Of a stretch of 64,000 bases of DNA, positions 56,379 to 64,000 are shown in pieces. The stretch comes from a virus, in IMG/VR virus record IMGVR_UViG_3300042868_012858, positions 9,570 to 73,569 of that record. One strand, 5' to 3'. The translations under genes were made by a program, and so were the position numbers. The notes under the pieces were generated by a model. It was not told the origin of the DNA, ran no database searches, and saw only the letters and a program-made list of their open reading frames with translations. The first letter of the stretch is position 1. Each line of letters opens with the position of its first letter.

Positions 56379-58357
56379 TTATAAGGTGAGCCTGTTAATG
56401 TAGAAATAGCTGATAATCCATCATATCCACCACTTGACGAGTCTGGATCCGCATTTGTACCTCCTATGTTTAGGTTGACATTCGACCAACCTGTTGGGTT
56501 TGAAACAGTAATGCCGCTAAAATCTACCAATATATGATTCACTTCAGATGCGGTCATATTATTATTATGTAAAGCAATTCTTGGTAGCCCCTGTGTTGCA
56601 CCAGATATTAATGTTGCGGCAGAAAATGGTTTAAAATCCACATATCCTAAATCACTAGAATATAAAGAGAATGCTGCTCTAAGTTCGCTATTTTCAAAGT
56701 TTCTAAAATATCTAGTTGTTCCAGTTGGTGTAGGAAATAAAACATTTGTTAAGTATGGGTTATTATTTAACTGCAAGCTACAAGCTGTTGATGAGCTTGC
56801 TCCGCCAAAAGCTGTAAACATAGATAAATCATGCGTCCCTGTTAAGCTGGTACTATTTATCCAATAAATAGAGTATGGATTAGAAGATGGTGCATGTGTA
56901 ACTCCTGTCAGTAGTGGGTTTGCCGAAAGATTTAATTGTGTATTTAGATTTGGCAACATACTTAAATCAAAATTACCTATGAAATTACAATTTCTAGCAT
57001 CATATCTAAAGAAAGATCTAGATGATACTGCGTGAGTTACAGAAGTTAAATTTGTATTTTGGTACAATTCAATACTCCCTTCTATATTTGATAACATACT
57101 TAAATCAAGATTGCCAGTAAAATTACAGTTTCCTGCAGAATAATTACTAATCACCTGAGTTGATGCTGTATGAATCACTCCTGTTAATTGACTATTATTA
57201 AAGCAATTAAAAGATCCTCCAAAATTAGGAAACATACTTAAATCTAGCGCACCAATTAAACCACAAGCACTTACATTATAATTCGTAAAAACTTGATTGG
57301 ATGCTGTATGAGTTATTCCTGTAAGAAGTAAATTATTATTAGCACGAAAATCGCCCCCTAGGTTTGAAAGCATGCTAAGATTTAAGTTACCTCTCAAACC
57401 ACAACTATTTACACGATAATTAGTAAACGTTCTTGTTGACGCTGTGTGAGTTATTCCTGTAAGTTGAGAGTTGTTATTAACCCAAAAACTGCCACCTAGA
57501 TTTGGGAACATTGTTAAATCTAAATTGCCTATTAATCCACAAATATATGCATAATAAGTGTCAATATTTTGAAGCGATGCCGTGTGTGTAATTCCTGTTA
57601 ATAACGTATTGTTACTCACATCAAAAAGATTACCTAAATTAGAAAGCATACTAACATTTAAATTACCCCTCAATCCACAAGAATATGCATAATAATAATC
57701 AAAAATTCTAGTTGATGCTGTGTGTGTAATTCCTGTAAGTTGAGAATTACTATTTACATTAAAAGTTCCACCTAAGTTAGGAAACATGCTAACATCTAAA
57801 TTACCTCTCAACCCACAACTATAAGCATAGTAATCAATGTTCTGATTTGATGTTGTGTGTGTAATTCCTGTCAATAAAGGATTGTTTGGAACAGAAAATG
57901 TTCCACCTAAATTAGGAAACATACTAACGTCTAAGTTTCCAACTAATCCACATGTATTCACTGAATAGGTAGTAAATATTTCTGGCGAATAAGAGTGAGT
58001 AACTGCTGTTAATCTTGGATTGCTATCTACAAGAAAAGTTCCACCTAAATTTGGAATAGGAGACATATCTAATGTGCCATATAAATTATCATTAGCCAAA
58101 TTAAAAGTAGTAATATTTCTAAAGTCATTACCTATCATCTCAATAGTCCTAATGCTTGAATCGGCTGAAAATCCATTATATGTTATTGAGTTTCCTGCCA
58201 CTTTTTTACTTTGACTGCCATTATATAAATTCCAAGAAACTCTTTTTGATCCACTAGAAAAACCAATATCAGGATCAAAAGAAGATGTAGCTCCACTTTT
58301 TTGCAGAGTTAATATCTTACTTGTTTTATTTATTGAATTAAATTGTTGTCTACCCAT
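56360..58357 (-). CDS. LRR-like solenoid protein with about 9-10 copies of a ~46-aa repeat; putative receptor-binding fibre
   Basis: Repeat consensus CGL.GNLD.SMFPNLGG.F.V.NN..LTGITHTAS. Confidence 0.75.
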   Translation of the reverse strand: MGRQQFNSINKTSKILTLQKSGATSSFDPDIGFSSGSKRVSWNLYNGSQSKKVAGNSITYNGFSADSSIRTIEMIGNDFRNITTFNLANDNLYGTLDMSPIPNLGGTFLVDSNPRLTAVTHSYSPEIFTTYSVNTCGLVGNLDVSMFPNLGGTFSVPNNPLLTGITHTTSNQNIDYYAYSCGLRGNLDVSMFPNLGGTFNVNSNSQLTGITHTASTRIFDYYYAYSCGLRGNLNVSMLSNLGNLFDVSNNTLLTGITHTASLQNIDTYYAYICGLIGNLDLTMFPNLGGSFWVNNNSQLTGITHTASTRTFTNYRVNSCGLRGNLNLSMLSNLGGDFRANNNLLLTGITHTASNQVFTNYNVSACGLIGALDLSMFPNFGGSFNCFNNSQLTGVIHTASTQVISNYSAGNCNFTGNLDLSMLSNIEGSIELYQNTNLTSVTHAVSSRSFFRYDARNCNFIGNFDLSMLPNLNTQLNLSANPLLTGVTHAPSSNPYSIYWINSTSLTGTHDLSMFTAFGGASSSTACSLQLNNNPYLTNVLFPTPTGTTRYFRNFENSELRAAFSLYSSDLGYVDFKPFSAATLISGATQGLPRIALHNNNMTASEVNHILVDFSGITVSNPTGWSNVNLNIGGTNADPDSSSGGYDGLSAISTLTGSPYNWTITY

Positions 58358-58365
58358 AAAAAATT

Positions 58366-61149
58366 TTACGTATAATCATTACCTACTGTCCAAAACATTT
58401 TTGAACCATTATATGTGAAAGATACTATGTCTATAGCACTTGCATTTGATGTGAGTGCTAAAGCACCCCCTCCTCCATTTGCAACTCTATGTGTTGCTGC
58501 CGCACCATTAACAGTTCCTAATGTGATAGATCTACCCCCAATACCATCTTGATTTACAACCAATGTTCCGTAGTCACCATTTCTTACGTTTGTCAAATCA
58601 AGAGTTGTATTTGCACTTAAAGTAACTTCATAATTCGTACTTGCGCCTGAAACGTTCCAAGTAAACGTCGTTCCAGTAGTCCCTACGTTTAAATATGGGT
58701 CTATGCTTACTCCTCCGCCTCCTGTAGAACCTGTAACTACATTTCCGCTTGAGTCAATACCTAAATTATTTATTGAAGCGCCTACACCTAAATTCCCAAC
58801 ATTCAAATATGGAACATATACTGTGTCATTAGCAGATCCTGTTATGTTTTTACCACCTATAATTGCTGATCTACTTCCTGTTAATATTGAATCTGATGAG
58901 TGCACAAAACCGACTATACCATTATTTGTATTTCCACTACCTCCTACGTGTGTAAAATGTGTAAGTGTTGTATTTTTAAACCCTTCAGCATGTGAATGAG
59001 AGCCTAAAGCGGACGTACTCTGACCTTCGGCGTGAGAATATAATCCTGATGCTGTTGTTCCGCTACCTTCAGTATGTGTATAATTAGATAGCGCTGTTGT
59101 ACTTTCGCCCTCTGCGTGTGAAGCATAACCATAAGCGGTTGTGTATAAACCTTCAGAGTGCGAATAGGATCCATAAGCAGTTGTGTTATATCCTTCAGCG
59201 TGAGATGAAGATGCGTTAGCAATTGAAAACTCACCCTCAGCATGTGACGCATCTCCTAAAGCTGTTGTTTGTCTGCCTTCTGAGTGCGCATGATCACCTA
59301 ATGCTTTTGTCAATCTACCTTCAGCGTGTGAATAATCATTATTTGCTGTTGTTTGATAACCCTCAGCGTGAGAATAAATACCCTGAGCAAGCGTTAAAAA
59401 TCCTTCTGAATGAGAGTAATTAGCTGCTGCTGTAGTTTGTCTACCCTCAGCATGTGATGAATCACCTGAAGCTATTGTTATATAGCCTTCAGAGTGAGAA
59501 CCAAGCCCTATAGAGACTGTTTGTCTACCTTCAGAGTGAGATGAATCACCTGAAGCTATTGTGTTATAACCTTCAACATGAGAATAGTCGCCAAAAGCTG
59601 TCGATTGATCCCCTTCAGCATGAGATTCAATTCCAATCGTTGTTGTTAAATAACCTTCCGAGTGTGAATAATTACCATAAGCGGTTGACCCATACCCTTC
59701 AGCGTGTGAATAGTCTCCTATTGCTCTTGTTTGATAACCCTCAGCGTGTGATGAATGACCAGACCCTATTGTTGCATAACCTTCAGCGTGTGATGATGTT
59801 CCTATTGCCTTCGTTAAATATCCTTCTGAGTGAGAATAAACTCCAAATGAAGTTGTTCCTGAACCTTCAGAGTGTGAATAACTTCCAATGGCAATTGTAC
59901 TCTGACCTTCAGCGTGAGATGTTAAACCGCTAGCTATTGAACTTCTACCTTCTACGTGAGAATAGTCGCCAATTGTAGTCGTTTTATCACCCTCAGCATG
60001 CGATGCTCTACCTATTGCTGTTGTAGCACTACCTTCTGCATGAGAATAAATCCCTCTTGTTGTTGTTGACTCCCCTTCTGCGTGTGATGTTGAACCGCTA
60101 GCTGTTGTAAAATAACCTTCAGCGTGAGAATAAATACCAATAGCAGTTGTTAATCTACCTTCAGCATGTGATGACGCACCACTAGCTGTTGTACTTACTC
60201 CTTCTGCGTGAGCATAATCACCTATTGTTATTGTACTTCCCCCTTCAGCGTGTGATGACTCACCAATAGCAGTTGTTAAATAACCTTCAGTATGTGAATT
60301 ATCACCAATTGCAGTTGTTTGACTACCCTCAGCATGTGATGAACTACCACTTGCAATTGTACTATCACCCTCAGCATGCGACTGATAACCTACTGCTGTC
60401 GTTAAAACTCCTTCAGCATGAGACGAATCGCCACTAGATATTGTTCTAAACCCTTCTGAGTGAGACGTAGAGCCAACGGAAGTTGTTTCGGCACCTTCAG
60501 CGTGAGAACGATCACCAATAGCCGTCGTTAAAAATCCTTCGGCATGTGATGAATCACCACTAGCAATTGTAGAGTCGCCTTCTGCGTGAGAACTTGACCC
60601 ATATGCATTTGTGGTATTACCTTCAGAGTGAGAGGCTAATCCAAATGCTGTCGTAGTATCTCCTTCTGCATGCGACTGATCACCTACTGCTGTCGTTAAA
60701 CCTCCTTCTGCGTGAGAATTTATACCCGTTGAGCTTGTATTATATCCTTCAGCATGTGAATTTAAACCATTTGCTAACGTGAGTCTACCTTCAGCGTGTG
60801 ATGAATCACCAGTTGCTATTGTTTGATAACCTTCAGCATGTGAGTAATCACCACCTGCAATTGTCCCAGTTCCTTCAGCAACAGATGTAATTCCGCTTGA
60901 TACATTACTGCCCCCTATTTGAGCTATTGAATTTGTTCCTGTTCCAGCAGTCCAATAATCTACACCCGAACTTGTGGAAAAAATATTATACAAATCAGTT
61001 CCACCTGAATAAATAACCCCTCCAGTTCCTGCAGATAAATTTCCAGAAACTTCAATGTTATTAAAATCAGCAGTCCCACTAAACTGCGTATTCAACGAAA
61101 TTCTTCCAGCTCCAAATGTGACCCCAGTAGGTATTAATTCTCCAATCAT
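58366..61149 (-). CDS. Tail fibre/adhesin with YadA-head (Hep_Hag)-like 14-aa repeats
   Basis: About 47 in-register xxTxAxGxxSHAEG units; C-terminal LVVNQDG.GGR...DIVSF domain; TATTTAT at 61164-61170. Confidence 0.8.
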   Translation of the reverse strand: MIGELIPTGVTFGAGRISLNTQFSGTADFNNIEVSGNLSAGTGGVIYSGGTDLYNIFSTSSGVDYWTAGTGTNSIAQIGGSNVSSGITSVAEGTGTIAGGDYSHAEGYQTIATGDSSHAEGRLTLANGLNSHAEGYNTSSTGINSHAEGGLTTAVGDQSHAEGDTTTAFGLASHSEGNTTNAYGSSSHAEGDSTIASGDSSHAEGFLTTAIGDRSHAEGAETTSVGSTSHSEGFRTISSGDSSHAEGVLTTAVGYQSHAEGDSTIASGSSSHAEGSQTTAIGDNSHTEGYLTTAIGESSHAEGGSTITIGDYAHAEGVSTTASGASSHAEGRLTTAIGIYSHAEGYFTTASGSTSHAEGESTTTRGIYSHAEGSATTAIGRASHAEGDKTTTIGDYSHVEGRSSIASGLTSHAEGQSTIAIGSYSHSEGSGTTSFGVYSHSEGYLTKAIGTSSHAEGYATIGSGHSSHAEGYQTRAIGDYSHAEGYGSTAYGNYSHSEGYLTTTIGIESHAEGDQSTAFGDYSHVEGYNTIASGDSSHSEGRQTVSIGLGSHSEGYITIASGDSSHAEGRQTTAAANYSHSEGFLTLAQGIYSHAEGYQTTANNDYSHAEGRLTKALGDHAHSEGRQTTALGDASHAEGEFSIANASSSHAEGYNTTAYGSYSHSEGLYTTAYGYASHAEGESTTALSNYTHTEGSGTTASGLYSHAEGQSTSALGSHSHAEGFKNTTLTHFTHVGGSGNTNNGIVGFVHSSDSILTGSRSAIIGGKNITGSANDTVYVPYLNVGNLGVGASINNLGIDSSGNVVTGSTGGGGVSIDPYLNVGTTGTTFTWNVSGASTNYEVTLSANTTLDLTNVRNGDYGTLVVNQDGIGGRSITLGTVNGAAATHRVANGGGGALALTSNASAIDIVSFTYNGSKMFWTVGNDYT
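58940..60915 (-). repeat. 42-bp-period coding tandem repeat (SHAEG array)
   Basis: ccttc(a/t)gc(g/a)tg recurs every 42 bp with no break in register. Confidence 0.9.
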
Positions 61150-61175
61150 TGTTTATTTTTTTAATAAATAGTTTT

Positions 61176-62792
61176 TTAATATTTAATTATGTCGTTTTCT
61201 TTCATAATCCAATTATCATAAATGTTATCCCATCTTATTTGTATTTCCACTAATAAAGATGTGTCTCCAGATAAATAAATACTTCTATAATCGTCGGCAT
61301 ATCCACGATAACTAGTAGCCATAGTATATAAGCCCTCTTCTAGTTCACCAAATTCGAAATATCCTGTTAAATCTGTTGTGGTTGTGACAAAAGCAGAGTT
61401 TGGATATGTTAATTGAATAGTTGCTCCAGTTACAGTACTTCCAGATACATATCCGCTCAATATGTATTCGCCTAACGGACTTTCATCTAATATAGACTCA
61501 GGAACTGTGTATTCTGCTATTTTTTCAGTATAAGGACTATCAGATTGAACACGTACAAATGTCTTAATTGCTTCTGATTGTGTTTTGGCTGATTTTGTTT
61601 CAGAAAAAGTGACAACAAACTGCCTAACACCAAATATGTTTTCTAAATATTTTACGTTTCCAATTCTATATAAGAAACTAGAAGACTTCCCTTTTAGTGG
61701 TATTGAAGCGCTTCTAGTTGTTTTGTTGGATGAAAATTCTGAATCAGGCAATTTAATTCTACTTTCAGCAAAGTGTCTATTTTCATCCGTTTTAGAAATT
61801 GGATAATTAAATATAGTTCCAGAGAAAGCGGTATCACCAGTGTTATAGTTTATCTGAATTAAATATTCATCAGCACCTTCAGCTTCAGACCAAAAAAATT
61901 CAGGAGCAAAAGTCGTTAGAGTACCTTCTACGTAAGGGTACTCCAATTTTGGTTTGTCAGGAACTGTAAAATAAGTAAAATAAGCACCTCTAACTTCAAG
62001 CCCTGTAAAGTCACCCGCTTCAATTGTATGAACAGGGTCAGATGTGGTAAAGCTAAATGTATCGTCCCAAGTTTGTTCTGTTAGAACACCGTCAACATAT
62101 GTATAATAATTCTCATAGTTTAAACCTTTATCTATATCAAAAGAAAATTCAGTTTCGATAAAATACTGAGCTTTGTCTTCAAATAATTCTTGCTTGAATT
62201 GACCTAAAGATTTGGAGTATTGATCTGGATAAAAATCATAAATATTTGTCGTAATACCACTTGTACTCCCTGTGTATACCTTATACGGGGTTGTTAGGAG
62301 TGGTTGTAGTAATTTTGCATCTTCTTGTGAAAGCGGTTGATCATAAGCTCTTACAAAATCAATTTCAGGATTAGAACCTAGTCGCTCTCTTCTCTTTTGT
62401 AAATAAGTTGACTCAGCTTTAGATAATGCATCTTTTGTTCTAACTTCTCTTTCTATAGCAATTGTCGGCTGGTTTATTTGAAAGTTTTTAAATGTATTGT
62501 AATCAACTTTATAAATTCTATGAACAATTTTATTAATAGAAAGAATAGATGCAGTATTAGCTGTAAATGTATATCTAATAAATGGTCTAGAAAGATTTGT
62601 AAATACACTTAGTGGGTTTTGACCATAGTAATCTAATGTCCCGCCTATTGTTTGATAAGTGGGAATTGATTGTGAAAAAATTGGCAATCTTCCCCCGTAT
62701 GATTCAGCCCAATAATTACTATAAAAGGATTGAACTTGAGATTGGTTATCGCCAGCTGTCGTATAATATATTATTCTCTCTGGTATTGACAT
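61176..62792 (-). CDS. Structural protein with FN3-like and C-terminal carboxypeptidase-regulatory-like domains
   Basis: PDKPKLEYP...FFWSEAEGADEYLIQI; LSGYV...GATIQL...TTTDLTGYFEFGELEEGLY. Confidence 0.65.
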   Translation of the reverse strand: MSIPERIIYYTTAGDNQSQVQSFYSNYWAESYGGRLPIFSQSIPTYQTIGGTLDYYGQNPLSVFTNLSRPFIRYTFTANTASILSINKIVHRIYKVDYNTFKNFQINQPTIAIEREVRTKDALSKAESTYLQKRRERLGSNPEIDFVRAYDQPLSQEDAKLLQPLLTTPYKVYTGSTSGITTNIYDFYPDQYSKSLGQFKQELFEDKAQYFIETEFSFDIDKGLNYENYYTYVDGVLTEQTWDDTFSFTTSDPVHTIEAGDFTGLEVRGAYFTYFTVPDKPKLEYPYVEGTLTTFAPEFFWSEAEGADEYLIQINYNTGDTAFSGTIFNYPISKTDENRHFAESRIKLPDSEFSSNKTTRSASIPLKGKSSSFLYRIGNVKYLENIFGVRQFVVTFSETKSAKTQSEAIKTFVRVQSDSPYTEKIAEYTVPESILDESPLGEYILSGYVSGSTVTGATIQLTYPNSAFVTTTTDLTGYFEFGELEEGLYTMATSYRGYADDYRSIYLSGDTSLLVEIQIRWDNIYDNWIMKENDIIKY

Positions 62793-62806
62793 AATATTAA
62801 TTTAGT

Positions 62807-64000
62807 TTAAGGGAACGCAAAAAATCTTGATGGAGGACTTATAAGTGTAGGTGGAACTTGTTGAGACCCAATCAATGTCGTACTTGCTACTACTGTTCCG
62901 CCAATTGTACTTGCTTGTAAACCTGTCGTAATCGAATTAGGATTTACAATCATATGAATGGATGGATAACTAATATTTCCATTTATTGTCGGTACTATAA
63001 ACGCCTCAATATCAAAATTTCTTACATTTAAATCAACTTGGTCATTTACTTTTGCAGTTACGTTTATAATGGAAGTGCTTGGCTCATAGGCTTCTAATTT
63101 TGTTCTAAACTCAGAACCATCGTTAAGGCCTGGTTTATATACAAACTTTTGCCTATTAAATATCGTATTTCTTATTATTGTACCCTGACAATCAAAAATG
63201 GTTGTAGCAGGTATTAATTGTTCGAAATATGTATTAAAATTAACCTCTATTAAATCTAAGAATGGTTGTAGCTTATGAAAGGTTAATCTATGAGACTGAG
63301 GATTGCTCCACATATAATAACTCAAATAAGCATTCCTTAAAGTCGGATAAAAGAATGAAGTATCTGTATATCCTAAAACCTTTCTGTTTCTTGGGTCTAT
63401 AGAATTCGTGTAAATATGCTCAAGGTATTGAGCGAAAGTCATTCCTGTAATATTATCAGGTTGAATCACGTCACAATCCGCCGCATATTCAAACGGAACT
63501 GTCAATGAACTAAATGGAGGGGCCATACTTCCCCACAACCAACAAGTTCCACTAACTTGATAGAATTGGAAGACATCACACTCTATTGCTTGTGCTGGAT
63601 CCAAACCTATACAAACCTCTTTTGTGTTTACTGTATCTTCAGAACCAAACACATTATCATTACCAACTACAACTTTTATATTATCAACCTCTGCCAAAGG
63701 ATCAAATTCTGGTCTCCATTGATTTATGTAAACATCTCCATTACCTCTTCCAGGGCCGCCTTCTTGAAATATATAATCTGATACACTATAGTTTATGTAT
63801 CCGTTTTCATTTATTTTATTTTCATCTACAGCAAATATTTCTGGTGCAGTTTGAGCCGTTGTGATTGATGGAGTGAAATTGTCAGGCGTTATTTGGGTTT
63901 GATAAAATGATTGATTTATTTTATAAACAAATTCATCAAATCTCAAAAGACATTCTGGAGCTCCTAGTAATTTAAATATAAATTGTATAGCATCTCTAGT
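62807..64000 (-). CDS. Baseplate wedge gp7-like protein, 3' part (open to the right edge)
   Basis: Frame is open upstream of 63946: TRDAIQFIFKLLGAPECLL; EQLIPATT...RNTIFNRQKF. Confidence 0.65.
   Translation of the reverse strand, partial: TRDAIQFIFKLLGAPECLLRFDEFVYKINQSFYQTQITPDNFTPSITTAQTAPEIFAVDENKINENGYINYSVSDYIFQEGGPGRGNGDVYINQWRPEFDPLAEVDNIKVVVGNDNVFGSEDTVNTKEVCIGLDPAQAIECDVFQFYQVSGTCWLWGSMAPPFSSLTVPFEYAADCDVIQPDNITGMTFAQYLEHIYTNSIDPRNRKVLGYTDTSFFYPTLRNAYLSYYMWSNPQSHRLTFHKLQPFLDLIEVNFNTYFEQLIPATTIFDCQGTIIRNTIFNRQKFVYKPGLNDGSEFRTKLEAYEPSTSIINVTAKVNDQVDLNVRNFDIEAFIVPTINGNISYPSIHMIVNPNSITTGLQASTIGGTVVASTTLIGSQQVPPTLISPPSRFFAFP

Noticed and set aside
56360-58357. Diversity-generating retroelement template/variable repeat pair
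   Set aside because: Repeats are in-frame protein repeats with no evident adenine-specific pattern; no reverse transcriptase in the window
58940-60915. Regularly spaced DNA repeats resembling a CRISPR array
   Set aside because: 42-bp period is a multiple of 3, variation is at codon positions within one open frame, and no cas genes are present
1239-63864. Numerous 60-160 aa overlapping ORFs in the track (e.g. 1239-1454, 12460-12774, 36253-36729, 59541-59933)
   Set aside because: Antisense or alternative-frame shadows of well-supported genes, with no motifs or expression signals
1-64000. Stop-codon reassignment as in some Bacteroidota phages
   Set aside because: Standard code gives dense, full-length recognisable genes; the one split gene is a frameshift, not an in-frame stop
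1-64000. tRNA or rRNA genes
   Set aside because: Intergenic gaps are short and AT-rich; no cloverleaf or T-loop motifs seen by eye (tRNAscan not run)

Overview
A 64-kb, very AT-rich segment of a large T4-superfamily (myovirus-type, probably jumbo) bacteriophage genome. Left (1-15 kb): head module with a partial gp23-like major capsid gene (missed by the ORF track), scaffold, gp21-like prohead protease, a set of small acidic or basic proteins sharing an N-terminal leader, a vWA protein, PhoH and a frameshifted glycosyltransferase. Middle (15-37 kb): a co-oriented glycosylation island of about 25 genes (GT2/GT4/GT10/GT11/GT17-like transferases, five SAM methyltransferases, Gmd + ColD-like + Fcl/ColC-like, GalE) that ends in a gp55-like late sigma factor. 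Right (38-64 kb): baseplate and tail genes (gp5-, gp25-, gp6-, gp7-like), a free-standing Zn-ribbon-repeat endonuclease, Calx-beta, LRR-like and 14-aa SHAEG-repeat fibre proteins. A strand-correct TATTTAT element precedes most structural genes (candidate late promoter). TAnnTTTG promoters and the lack of Shine-Dalgarno sites point to a Bacteroidota host. Best hypotheses for new biology: (i) a phage-encoded virion glycosylation system making colitose/fucose and O-methylated glycans, with a candidate [ST]-[GA]-x-[ST] acceptor sequon in virion proteins; (ii) a modular capsid-targeting leader plus cargo family processed at (I/L)-x-E sites; (iii) an unannotated 22-aa Cys-tailed micro-ORF coupled to a CxxC membrane protein. 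All assignments come from motifs read by eye; no database searches were run.
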